Shown: one piece after another, positions 19,013 to 28,249 of the stretch | Position numbering within the stretch: position 1 is the stretch's first letter | How the letters are laid out: each line of letters opens with the position of its first letter | NCBI GenBank assembly: GCA_031372565.1 | Contig: JANMLN010000083.1 | Coordinates: 1-64,000 of the forward strand | Length of the DNA: 64,000 bases | From: Gemmatimonadota bacterium | GTDB taxonomy: Bacteria; Gemmatimonadota; Gemmatimonadetes; Gemmatimonadales; Gemmatimonadaceae | Direction: 5' to 3' | The notes under the pieces: generated by a model | The model's database searches: none | What the model was told of the DNA's origin: nothing | Seen by the model: only the letters and a program-made list of their open reading frames with translations | Made by a program: the position numbers and the translations under genes

Positions 19013-20428
19013 ATGAGCATGCATAACGCTCCAACTCCACTTTCGGCGGCCGAAACGGCCCTGCTCTTCGATTCTGGCGACCCGCGACCCGTGCACTTCG
19101 TCGGAATCGCCGGCGCTGGCATGAGCGCGCTCGCCGAGCTCTTTCATCGGCGGGGCGTTTCTGTTTCAGGTTGTGATGCCAATCTGACTGGTACGGGCGA
19201 TCTTGTCCAGCTCGGCATTCAGGTAGCCGAAGGCCACGATCCGGCTCATGTGGAAAACTCTCGGGCGCTTGTGGTCACTTCGGCGATGCCCAAGGACCAC
19301 CCCGAGCTGGTGGCGGCGCGCCTCCGTGGCCTCCCGGTCATCCGTCGTGCCGAAGCGCTGGGTGCGGCCGTCAACCACGGACGGCTGGTTGCGGTGGCCG
19401 GGACGCACGGCAAGACGACGACCACAACCATGACCACGGAAGCGCTCGCCGCTGCCGGGCTGGATCCCACCGGGGTCGTCGGCGCCCGGATTGCCGCGTG
19501 GGGGGGGAACCTCCGGCGTGGAGGGGACGACGTCTTCGTGGTCGAGGCCGACGAGTACGACCGGTCGTTCCTGACCCTCATTCCCACCGTGGCGGTCATG
19601 ACCAACGTCGAGGCCGACCACCTCGATATCTACGCCGACCTGGACGATATTCGCGCCACGTTTGCGCAGTTCGCTGCGCCGGCCGCACACCTCGTCCTCT
19701 GCGCAGACGACGCAGGCGCACTGTCCGTTTTCCGGTCACCGACCGCGAATGTCATCACGTACGGCGTCGTCGCGCAGAGCGCCCGACTCGTGGCCAGCGA
19801 CGTCCGCAACGAGGGCGGCGGCACGCGCTGCCTCATCCATATGGACGCGCAGCCCCTCGGCGAGCTCCGGCTCCGAGTGCCCGGGCTGCACAACATCCGG
19901 AACGCCTTGGCCGCCATCGCGTCGGGACTCGCACTCGGCGCGTCGTTTGAGCGCATGGCCCAGGGGCTGGCCGGTGTGACGGGCGCTGAGCGTCGCTTCC
20001 AGCTGCTCGGCGAGAAGGGGGGCGTCTTGGTGGTCGATGACTACGCCCACCACCCAACGGAGATCGAGGCCACCGTGGACGCTGCGCGTGCCTCGTACCC
20101 GGGGCGTCGTGTCGTGGCCGCCTTTCAACCGCATTTGTACACCCGCACCCGCGACTTCGCGACCGAGTTCGGGGTGGCCCTGGCCAAGGCCGACGTGGCG
20201 ATGGTGGCCGACTTGTATCCGGCGCGTGAGCAGCCCATTCCCGGTGTCACTGCCGCGCTGGTGGCGCGCGCCACCGAAGCGGCGGGCAGGCCGGTGGCGT
20301 GGGAGGGACCCCGCAGTGAACTCGCGGCTGCCTTGGCTCGTGCCGTTCGAGCGGGTGACATCGTCATTACGCTCGGGGCCGGTGATGTCACCAAGACCGG
20401 CCCGGAACTGCTCGCCCTGCTGTCCTGA
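19013..20428 (+). CDS. murC: UDP-N-acetylmuramate--L-alanine ligase MurC
   Basis: HFVGIAGAGMSALA, AGTHGKTTTT, EADEYDRSFL, DHLD, DDYAHHPTEI, FQPH. Confidence 0.96.
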   Translation: MSMHNAPTPLSAAETALLFDSGDPRPVHFVGIAGAGMSALAELFHRRGVSVSGCDANLTGTGDLVQLGIQVAEGHDPAHVENSRALVVTSAMPKDHPELVAARLRGLPVIRRAEALGAAVNHGRLVAVAGTHGKTTTTTMTTEALAAAGLDPTGVVGARIAAWGGNLRRGGDDVFVVEADEYDRSFLTLIPTVAVMTNVEADHLDIYADLDDIRATFAQFAAPAAHLVLCADDAGALSVFRSPTANVITYGVVAQSARLVASDVRNEGGGTRCLIHMDAQPLGELRLRVPGLHNIRNALAAIASGLALGASFERMAQGLAGVTGAERRFQLLGEKGGVLVVDDYAHHPTEIEATVDAARASYPGRRVVAAFQPHLYTRTRDFATEFGVALAKADVAMVADLYPAREQPIPGVTAALVARATEAAGRPVAWEGPRSELAAALARAVRAGDIVITLGAGDVTKTGPELLALLS

Positions 20429-20456
20429 CACGCCGGTCCACGCCGCGCCCGCCGAT

Positions 20457-21185
20457 ATGGAAGAAGCGACGACCACCACTGAGCGCGACCCGACCGCTCC
20501 GCGCCCGCTGGCGCGGTGGCGCAAGGCGGCGTGGGCAACGCTCGCGGTTGTCGTGATGACCGCACCGCTGTGGGGTCGCGCCGCGCTGCAGCAGCTGCGC
20601 TTCTTCAACGTGCGTGCGGTCCGCGTCGAGGGGGTCCGCTACCTCGATCCTGCGGTGGTCGTGCAGCGGCTGCACATCGACACCACGATCTCGCTGTTCG
20701 AGAGCAGTGATCCGTGGATCGCGCGCGTGAACGGGCATCCGCAGGTCGACTCCGTGCGCGTGACGCGGGAGCTGCCCAGCACGCTGGTGCTGCACGTGAG
20801 CGAACGCGCGCCCATCGCGCTGGTGCATTCTGCCGAGGGGCTCGTGCCGCTCGATGCCGAGGGACGGCGCCTGCCGATTGATCCGGCGCGCATGCCCATG
20901 GACCTGCCGATCGTGAGCGAGCGCGACCTGCCGTTGCTGGCGATGCTCGATACCGTGCGCCGCACCGCGCCCGCGCTGTTCAGTGCCCTGTCCGACATCC
21001 GACGCGATCGCAACGAACTCCGACTCCGGGTGACCGGCGTCGAGGTGCGCGCCTCGCCCGGCCTGGGCGCAGCGCGTCTGGCCGACATCGTGCCCGTGAC
21101 CGACGACCTCGCGCGCCGCCGCGTGCGCGTGGCGGAGCTCGACCTTCGCTATCGCGATCAGGTCATCGTGCGACTGGCCCAGTAG
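20457..21185 (+). CDS. ftsQ: Cell division protein FtsQ/DivIB
   Basis: TM helix, POTRA-like segment (VRAVRVEGVRYL...VRVTRELPSTLVLHVSERAP), and C-terminal LDLRY. Lies before ftsA. Confidence 0.87.
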   Translation: MEEATTTTERDPTAPRPLARWRKAAWATLAVVVMTAPLWGRAALQQLRFFNVRAVRVEGVRYLDPAVVVQRLHIDTTISLFESSDPWIARVNGHPQVDSVRVTRELPSTLVLHVSERAPIALVHSAEGLVPLDAEGRRLPIDPARMPMDLPIVSERDLPLLAMLDTVRRTAPALFSALSDIRRDRNELRLRVTGVEVRASPGLGAARLADIVPVTDDLARRRVRVAELDLRYRDQVIVRLAQ

Positions 21186-21216
21186 CGCCTTCCTCCCGAA
21201 CCTCACCGTTCCCGCC

Positions 21217-22479
21217 GTGGCTGAGACCAACACGCAAACCCTGGTTGCCGGGCTCGATATCGGCAGCGCCAAGACGACCGCCGTGATCGCGGAGATGGTG
21301 GGCGAGATGCGCGCCCCCGAGATCCGCATTCTGGGGGTCGGACAGTCGCGCACGACCGGATTGCGCAAGGGGATCGTGAGCGACATCGAGGAAACGACGC
21401 GGTCCATCAAGAAGGCGCTCACGGACGCCGAGCGCATGGCGGGGGCGCAGGTGCTGTCGTTGTACGTGGGGATCGCCGGCGAGCATGTGCAGGCGACGAC
21501 CAGTCAGGGCATCGTGGCGGTGAACGGCTCGGAGATCACCAAGGCCGACGTCGATCGCGCGCATGAACTCGCCCGCGCGCAGGTGATTCCGCAGGACCGC
21601 GAGCTGCTCCACGCGATTCCCCAGGAGTACACCGTCGACCGGAACAAGGGGATTCGCGATCCGATCGGCATGATCGGCACGCGCCTCGAGACCGAGATGT
21701 ACCTGGTGACGATCGGTGCGAGCCCGAGCATGAACCTGCGCAAGGCCGTCGAGCGCGCGGGCTACACCATCAAGGAGATGGTGCTCGAGCCGCTCGCCTC
21801 GGCGCTTGCCGTGCTGACGGACGACGAGAAGGAACTCGGTGTCGCCCTCATCGAGATGGGGGCGGGCACGACGGACGTCGCCGTCTTCCATGAGGGGAAG
21901 ATTCGCCACCTGGCCACGATCAACTTCGGCGGCAACAACGTCACCTCCGACATCGTGCACGGGCTGGGGGTCACGCAGGCGGACGCCGAACGGCTCAAGG
22001 AGAAGTACGGCTGCGTGTACGAGAGCATGGTGCCGCCGGATGAGATCATCCAGCTGCCGAGCACCGTGGCGCAGGGGGATCGTCGGATCCCGCGCGAACT
22101 GCTCGCGCACATCATGCATCAACGGACCGACGAGATCTATGATCTGGTGCAGCGCGAGATCGAGCGCGCGGGCTACATCGGCAAGCTGTCGGCCGGCATC
22201 GTGTGCACGGGCGGCGCGGCGGCGCAGCCGGGCACGGTGGAGCTCGCCACGGACGTCTTCGGGATTGGTGCGCGGGTGGGGTCCCCCATCGAGCGCGTGG
22301 GCGGGCTCTCCGATTCGGTCGAAGCGCCGCGCTTCAGCACCGTGGTCGGGCTCGCGCACTATGCGGCGCATCGCGTGATCATCGAGTCGCCGGCGGGGCG
22401 CGGCCGGATGAGCATGGGGGCACCGAACGTCGACAAGCTCGCCCAGCGCGTGAAGACCTGGCTGCAGGACTTCTTCTAG
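21217..22479 (+). CDS. ftsA: Cell division protein FtsA
   Basis: GLDIGSAKT, GLRKG, PIGMIGTRLE, EMGAGTT, AERLKEKYG, TGGAA, and the C-terminal amphipathic RVKTWLQDFF. Confidence 0.97.
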   Translation: MAETNTQTLVAGLDIGSAKTTAVIAEMVGEMRAPEIRILGVGQSRTTGLRKGIVSDIEETTRSIKKALTDAERMAGAQVLSLYVGIAGEHVQATTSQGIVAVNGSEITKADVDRAHELARAQVIPQDRELLHAIPQEYTVDRNKGIRDPIGMIGTRLETEMYLVTIGASPSMNLRKAVERAGYTIKEMVLEPLASALAVLTDDEKELGVALIEMGAGTTDVAVFHEGKIRHLATINFGGNNVTSDIVHGLGVTQADAERLKEKYGCVYESMVPPDEIIQLPSTVAQGDRRIPRELLAHIMHQRTDEIYDLVQREIERAGYIGKLSAGIVCTGGAAAQPGTVELATDVFGIGARVGSPIERVGGLSDSVEAPRFSTVVGLAHYAAHRVIIESPAGRGRMSMGAPNVDKLAQRVKTWLQDFF

Positions 22480-22508
22480 CCGTCGCGCGGCGCTCCCTCG
22501 TACGTTTC

Positions 22509-22545
22509 ATGCGCGGCTCGGGACATGCGGTCCCGGGCCGCGCGT
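22509..22545 (+). terminator. Strong GC hairpin downstream of ftsA (terminator-like, no U-tract)
   Basis: GCGCGGCTCGGGAC-ATGCG-GTCCCGGGCCGCGC, a 14-bp stem with one G-U pair. Confidence 0.45.
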
Positions 22546-22566
22546 CGCCATTCTGCCACTCCGATC

Positions 22567-23550
22567 ATGCTTCGCGCCCAGTACGATACCCGCGGCCCTG
22601 TGCCGTCCGCCTCGATCGACGCCGTCGAGTTCACCGTGCCGCCGCTCGTGGCCGGGCAGGCCCTCGTGCAGGTGCTCGCCGCGCCGATCAACCCCTCCGA
22701 CGTGCTCACGCTCACCGGAGAGTACGGCATGCTGCCGCCACTGCCAGCGGTCGGCGGCAATGAGGGCGTCGGCCAGGTGGTGGAGCTCGGCCCCGACACG
22801 CCCGGGCCCGCCGTCGGCACCACCGTGCTGCTCCCTGTCGGCGCGGGCACCTGGGCCACGCACCTGGTGGCGGACGCCAAGAAGCTGATGCCGCTCCCGA
22901 GTGGCGATCCGCAGCAGCTCAGCATGATGACAGTCAATCCGCCGACCGCGCTCCTCATGCTGCGCGACTTCGTCACGCTCGCGCCGGGCGACTGGGTGAT
23001 CCAGAACGGCGCGAACTCCGCAGTCGGCGGCTATCTGAACCAGATCGCCAAGCTCAAGGGGTATCGCACCGTGAGCGTCGTGCGGCGCGAGTCGGCGGTG
23101 GCGGATGTGCAGGCAGCGGGCGGTGACATCGTGCTCGTGGATGGCCCGGACCTGCCCAAGCGCGTGGCCGCGGCCACGGAGAAGGCGAAGATCAGGCTCG
23201 GCATCGATTGCGTCGCGGGGACATCCACGGATCGGTTGGCCGCCTGCCTGTCGGAGGGGGGCACGCTCGTGAACTACGGTCGCATGAGCGGCGAGGCGTG
23301 CCAGGTGATGCCGGGCAACTTCGTGTTCAAGGACGTCACGCTGCGCGGCTTCTGGCTGGCGTTCTGGTTTCGCAAGGCGACGCCGCAGGACCAGATGGCG
23401 GTCTTCGGCGAGTGCGCGACGCTGATCGCGCAGGGCAAGCTCTCGGCGCGTGTGCAGGCGACGTTCGATGTGCGCCAGATCAAGGCCGCGGTGACGCTGG
23501 CGGCGAGTGGCGAACGTGCGGGGAAGGTGCTGATCGTGCCGAAGGGGTAG
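22567..23550 (+). CDS. MDR-family NAD(P)H oxidoreductase, trans-2-enoyl-CoA/ACP reductase (MECR/ETR)-like
   Basis: AAPINPSD, GNEGVG, TVNPPTA, IQNGANSAVG, LVNYG, LRGFWL, GKVL. Confidence 0.88.
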   Translation: MLRAQYDTRGPVPSASIDAVEFTVPPLVAGQALVQVLAAPINPSDVLTLTGEYGMLPPLPAVGGNEGVGQVVELGPDTPGPAVGTTVLLPVGAGTWATHLVADAKKLMPLPSGDPQQLSMMTVNPPTALLMLRDFVTLAPGDWVIQNGANSAVGGYLNQIAKLKGYRTVSVVRRESAVADVQAAGGDIVLVDGPDLPKRVAAATEKAKIRLGIDCVAGTSTDRLAACLSEGGTLVNYGRMSGEACQVMPGNFVFKDVTLRGFWLAFWFRKATPQDQMAVFGECATLIAQGKLSARVQATFDVRQIKAAVTLAASGERAGKVLIVPKG

Positions 23551-23575
23551 CGATCGCCCGCTGGCTGCGGTGACG

Positions 23576-23612
23576 AGGCGCGCGGCGTCGCTACGCCGCG
23601 CGCTTCTTTTTT
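23576..23612 (+). terminator. Rho-independent terminator of the MDR gene, overlapping the tetR stop codon
   Basis: GCGCGCGGCGT-CGCT-ACGCCGCGCGC followed by TTCTTTTTT. Confidence 0.8.
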
Positions 23613-24211
23613 GGCTTGGCCGCCGCGCGGGCGCGTGCAAAGAGGGCCTCGAGCGCGGCATCCGCGCGCGCATCGGCGAGTGCGTCGCCGAGCAGCCGAC
23701 GGGCAACGCGGTGTGCGAGCACGATGCCGAGCGCTTCGCGCACGAAGACGTCGGGGTCGACATCGACGCGGAAGTGGCCGTGCTCGATGGCGATGGTGCA
23801 TGCGGTCACGAGCGTCGCCAGCCAGCGCTGCTGGACGTGCACGAGATAGTCGCGCACGAGGCCGGGGCGGTCGTCGAGCTCGAAGGCGGCGGCGGCGAGG
23901 AGGTCGCCGCCGTGCGCGCCCCGTGTGCGCTCCCAGGCGAGCCACTGGTCGCAGAGGGCGCGGAGCCGGGATTCACCGGACTTGGCGCGGAGGCCGGGGA
24001 AGAGCACATCGGTGTCGAAGCGATCGGCCGCGCGCTGGAGGACCGCAAGCTGCAGCCCTTCGCGTGACCCGAAGTGAGCGAAGAGTCCGCTCTTGGAGAG
24101 GTCGAGCGCGCCGGCGAGCACGCCAATGGTGAGGCCGTCGAGGCCGAGCGAGCCGGCGAGGGACTCGGCCTCGCGGATGATGCGATCGCGGGTGTCGGCG
24201 CCTTTCGTCAT
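23591..24211 (-). CDS. TetR/AcrR family transcriptional regulator
   Basis: MTKGADTRDRIIREA...GLDGLTIGVLAGALDLSKSGLFAHFGSREGL HTH. ATG at 24211. Confidence 0.93.
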   Translation of the reverse strand: MTKGADTRDRIIREAESLAGSLGLDGLTIGVLAGALDLSKSGLFAHFGSREGLQLAVLQRAADRFDTDVLFPGLRAKSGESRLRALCDQWLAWERTRGAHGGDLLAAAAFELDDRPGLVRDYLVHVQQRWLATLVTACTIAIEHGHFRVDVDPDVFVREALGIVLAHRVARRLLGDALADARADAALEALFARARAAAKPKKKRAA

Positions 24212-24216
24212 TTCAC

Positions 24217-24244
24217 ATAATATAACGAACGTTCGTTTATGCAA
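24217..24244 (-). promoter_or_regulatory. tetR promoter with a palindromic operator in the spacer
   Basis: Minus strand reads TTGCAT-N16-TATTAT-gtgaa-ATG. A perfect 14-bp palindrome AACGAACGTTCGTT lies at 24224-24237. Confidence 0.75.
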
Positions 24245-24300
24245 GCGTATGGAAGCCGTTACACGAGTTGCCACGTCACCGCGCCGATAGTCAAAGCCAT

Positions 24301-25116
24301 ATGCGTACTCCACCCATCCGCGAGACCGCCCGGCGCCTCCGCGTGCCCGCCCTCGCGCTCGCAACCGTGCTCGTCACGGCCTGCAACCCCAAGGACACCG
24401 GTGACGTCGCCGGCGGCACCGGCACCGGCAGCAGCGGCGCCTTCGACAAGGCCGCCGTCGTGTCGTACGCACACCTGCTCATGACGGTCAACACCGCGTC
24501 GTCAACACTCGGCTGGAAGGCCAACGGCACGCAGAAGGGAAGCGGCACCGTCTACCTCGGCACGCTGCTCTCCGACACCGTGCGCTTCAGCGCGTCGACG
24601 CCGCTGGTCACGTTCGAAGCCACCAACGGCGGCAGCACGCGCTTTCTCTCCGAAGCGCGACTCCTCTCGGACGGCCAGCGCTATCGCGCCTTCGCCTACG
24701 GCATCATCGGGTCGACCGACCCCAACTTCGTGCCGAGCTTGCTCTTTGCGCCGCTCGACAGCGTGACGCCGCTGACCAACACGGCCCACGCCCGCTTCGC
24801 GCACTTCATGCCCGGCACCGGACCCGTCGACGTCTACACCGGAGCGCCCGGCGCCGAGGTGAGAGTTGTCACGGCGCTCCCGTACGGTGGACTGAGCGAC
24901 TACCTCGACATCACCGCCCCGTCGGCATCCGTGGCCTCGACCAACATCATCGTGACGCCGACCGGGGTCGCGCGCGGGGCCGGCACCAACATCATGTCGA
25001 TCGTCGGGCTGACCACCGTCACGAACCCGAACGCCTACACGCTCGCCCTCATCTACCCACAGAGCAACTTCACGTCCCCGGGTTCGCGCACTCTCGCGAT
25101 CTACCAGGAACGCTGA
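24301..25116 (+). CDS. Lipoprotein, DUF4397-like
   Basis: Lipobox VTA-C after a hydrophobic stretch. AHARFAHFMPGTGPVDVY and LPYGGLSDY resemble DUF4397 repeats. Confidence 0.72.
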   Translation: MRTPPIRETARRLRVPALALATVLVTACNPKDTGDVAGGTGTGSSGAFDKAAVVSYAHLLMTVNTASSTLGWKANGTQKGSGTVYLGTLLSDTVRFSASTPLVTFEATNGGSTRFLSEARLLSDGQRYRAFAYGIIGSTDPNFVPSLLFAPLDSVTPLTNTAHARFAHFMPGTGPVDVYTGAPGAEVRVVTALPYGGLSDYLDITAPSASVASTNIIVTPTGVARGAGTNIMSIVGLTTVTNPNAYTLALIYPQSNFTSPGSRTLAIYQER

Positions 25117-25143
25117 GGCCGCCTCGCGGGCGGGAACCGCTCG

Positions 25144-28100
25144 CTACTCGAGCTTGAACGTCGCCTTGCGGCCCACGGCAGGCGGCGTCGCTGCCGCTGC
25201 GGCCAGGAAGACGCGCTCCACCGGAGCCCCGTCGCCCGTGAGCAGGTAATCGCGACAGGCGCGTGCGCGTGCATCGGCGAGCGCACGCAACTCCGCCACG
25301 CCAACGGTCTGCGCTTCGAGTACGCGCGGCTCGATCTCGCGACCGGCCAGCGCCTCCGCCATCGGCCGTCGCGCGGCACGCGCTGCCAGCACCACGCTAT
25401 CCGATGGATAGAGCGCCGCGTACTCGGCTGCCAATCGTCCCGCGCGCGCTGACGGTAGCAGGAGCGCCGTGTCGGCCAGGAAGGGTGGCTGCGCGCGCAG
25501 CCGCTTCTCGAGCGCGAGGCGCCGGAGCGCCATGCGGTCGGTCACGGTATCGATCGCGCCTTCAATCGACAGCTTGAGCTCCGGCCGCTCCGTGAGCGAG
25601 CGGCGCAAGGCATCGAGCCGCGTTGTCGCATCGGCCGTGAGCAGGCTCGCTCCGGCGTCGAACGGTGCCTCGCTCAGATCCGCACTGCCGCCGCCGAACA
25701 GGGAGCCGAGCAACTTGAACGGCGCCGACACGATGTTGCGCAGGATGTTCAGCAGCGCGCGCACGATGACGCGGCCGAAGCTGAAGTCGGGATCGTCGAG
25801 CGAGCCTTCCACCGGCACGTCGAGCACGATCTGGCCGGCCCGATCGCGCAGCACGGCGAAGCCCAGCTTCACCGGGAGCGAGGTCGCATCGGGGTGCTCC
25901 ATCTTGTCACCGAAGGTGAAGCCATCGAGCGTGAGCACGTTCTCCGCCTTCACGCGCCGCTGCTGCACCGCCCAGCGGAGCTTGGTCTTCATCTTGCCCT
26001 TCGCAATCAGGTAGCCGAGGTAGCGACCGCTGTAGCCGCCAAAGGGAAGGAGGTCGACGGCGGTCGCATCGAACTCGAGCACGCTGGGCTGCGTGGGCGA
26101 GAGCGGGTTGACTTGCCCCTTGATCGAGAGCGGCGCCACTTCGTCGACCATCGCCTGCAGCGCCAACTCGCCCCGGCTCACGTTGTCCGAGTCGAAGCGG
26201 CCGCTCGTGCCCGTGACGCGGCCGATCGTGAGCCGCATCGTCGGCGTGACGGACTCGTCGATGATGCGGAAGGCACCGTTGGCAATGGTCACCTTCCCGA
26301 CGGTGATGCGCTTGAGCAAGCTCGCCGAGTCGAGACCGAGCGACGAATCGGCGCCCTGAGGCGGCGGTGGCGGCGCCTGCGTCGGGCCGACGAAGGTCGA
26401 GTCGGTCGGTGGCACCTTCTGCGCGGCGGAGGGATCCGCAGCGGCACGCGGCGCCTTCGGAAAGAGGTGCGCGAAGTTGCTGACGCCCGCCGAGTCGATG
26501 TTCAGCTGCACGACAGGCCGGTCGAGGCTTACTTGCGCGATCTCGAGCGTGGCAGCCTTGGTGTCATAGGTGATGCCGTCGAACCGGAAGGAGCGCCAGG
26601 TGAGGAACCCTTCGCCGTCGGCGCGCTCCTGCGTGCCCAGGTTGTCGACGCGCAGCGCGCCACGAATCGTCGCCGACGGATTGGCGGGATCACTCGCGTC
26701 GAACGGCCCTGCGAGATCGAGGTGCAACCGGCCGTTGGTGAGCGCCAGCCGTCCGCCAGCGGCCGCAATCCACGGATCAGCCTGGAACATGGGCAGCGAG
26801 TCGAGCAACAGCGTGAAGCTGCCGCGTCGTCGTGCCAGCGGTCCCTTGCCGTTCAGCACGAAGCGCCCGCCACCGGCGAGCGTGAACTCGGCGTGCGCCG
26901 TGCTGGCGATGTCCGGGTTCGAACTGAGCGTATCGAGTCGCGCCGCCACGTATGTGGCCTTGAGTTTGCCGACAAGTGCCGGGACAGAGTCCACGAGCGA
27001 GACGGAGGCGCTGTCGAGGGCGAGGCGATGCACCGTCCAGGTCCATGGTATTACGGGGGCGGTGCCCGCGTCCGGCTGCGACGCGGCGCTGGCGACGACG
27101 GCCGTGGCGCGCGTCGTTGGCGTGCGCGACGCCGTGGCCGATGATCGCGTCGCAGGCGCCGGGGCGCTCGCGAGCAGTCGCGCGAGGTTGATCGCGCCGG
27201 AGCGCCCACGCACCACGTCGAGCGCGAGGCCGCGGATGGTGAGCTCGCCGAGCGTGGCCGTGCGCGTGACGCCGTCGGCGTCGAGCCCGCCCACATGCAG
27301 CGAACCCAGGCGCGCGGGGGTGGCGCCGTCCATGGCGAGCGCCAGGTCGCGAATGTCGAGCGTCCCGCCGATGAGCTTGGATTCGCGTCGCTGCGGGTCA
27401 GCCTTGAAGGCGTATCGTGCGCCGAGCGCCAGCTTGCCGCCGGTGACCTGTGCGCGGAGGGCATCGCCGTAGTACGGCGCGTACTTGGCGATCTGCAGCT
27501 GTTCGAGCGTGATCTCGCCTTCGGACGCAAAGGGGCTCACCCCCAACGTCCCCTTCCACGCGAAGCGCTCGTCCTGCTCGGTGCGGCCGGCGAACGTGTA
27601 GCGCGACAGCGAGTCGCGCCGCGTGGAGAAGTCGCGCAGATCGACGCTCGCGGGCCCCAGCTGCGTGTAGAACGGGCGCGTGCGTGCGCTGTCGTACCAC
27701 TCGAGACGCAGCTGCTCGATGCGCAGGTGCCCCACGGTCAGCGGTGGAAGCGGGCGAGAGGGCGTTGCCGCGATCGAATCGATGATGTCCTGGATGTTGA
27801 GCGCGCCCTTCGGTGAGAAGCGAAAGCGCGCATACGGCCTCACGATCTCGATCGCCGAGAAGACCACGTCGCCCGAACGGACCAGGCTCGAGAGCCGATA
27901 GGTGACCGCGAGCCTGTCCCACTGGAACAGCGGGCCACCATCCACGTCATCGATGCGCACCGAGTCCACGCGGAAGGTGAGCGTGTACGGATTGACCGAG
28001 ATGGGCCCGAGACGCGCCGGGCGATGGATGTACTGCGTGATCCGTTGCTCGACGCGCCGCTTGAACCAGCCGGGACCGAAGAGCGCGAGCACGCCGCCCC

Positions 28101-28218
28101 ACGCGGCCACGAAGAGGGCGACGCCCACGGCGATGTTGCGCCAGAGACGACGCGATGCGCGGGGGCTCGGCGCGGCGGTGCTCGGCGAAGGGACGTCTGG
28201 CTGCGGTGTCGAGGTCAT
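25144..28218 (-). CDS. DUF748/AsmA-like envelope protein with C-terminal OmpA-like region
   Basis: N-terminal TM, ISVNPYTLT, YSGRYLGYLIAKGK, LPVKLGFAVLRDRAGQIVLDVPVEGSLDDPDFS, LTERPELKLSIEG, LADARA. Confidence 0.82.
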   Translation of the reverse strand: MTSTPQPDVPSPSTAAPSPRASRRLWRNIAVGVALFVAAWGGVLALFGPGWFKRRVEQRITQYIHRPARLGPISVNPYTLTFRVDSVRIDDVDGGPLFQWDRLAVTYRLSSLVRSGDVVFSAIEIVRPYARFRFSPKGALNIQDIIDSIAATPSRPLPPLTVGHLRIEQLRLEWYDSARTRPFYTQLGPASVDLRDFSTRRDSLSRYTFAGRTEQDERFAWKGTLGVSPFASEGEITLEQLQIAKYAPYYGDALRAQVTGGKLALGARYAFKADPQRRESKLIGGTLDIRDLALAMDGATPARLGSLHVGGLDADGVTRTATLGELTIRGLALDVVRGRSGAINLARLLASAPAPATRSSATASRTPTTRATAVVASAASQPDAGTAPVIPWTWTVHRLALDSASVSLVDSVPALVGKLKATYVAARLDTLSSNPDIASTAHAEFTLAGGGRFVLNGKGPLARRRGSFTLLLDSLPMFQADPWIAAAGGRLALTNGRLHLDLAGPFDASDPANPSATIRGALRVDNLGTQERADGEGFLTWRSFRFDGITYDTKAATLEIAQVSLDRPVVQLNIDSAGVSNFAHLFPKAPRAAADPSAAQKVPPTDSTFVGPTQAPPPPPQGADSSLGLDSASLLKRITVGKVTIANGAFRIIDESVTPTMRLTIGRVTGTSGRFDSDNVSRGELALQAMVDEVAPLSIKGQVNPLSPTQPSVLEFDATAVDLLPFGGYSGRYLGYLIAKGKMKTKLRWAVQQRRVKAENVLTLDGFTFGDKMEHPDATSLPVKLGFAVLRDRAGQIVLDVPVEGSLDDPDFSFGRVIVRALLNILRNIVSAPFKLLGSLFGGGSADLSEAPFDAGASLLTADATTRLDALRRSLTERPELKLSIEGAIDTVTDRMALRRLALEKRLRAQPPFLADTALLLPSARAGRLAAEYAALYPSDSVVLAARAARRPMAEALAGREIEPRVLEAQTVGVAELRALADARARACRDYLLTGDGAPVERVFLAAAAATPPAVGRKATFKLE

Positions 28219-28249
28219 GGCGGAGCGAAGGCTACCGACCCGTGACAGC

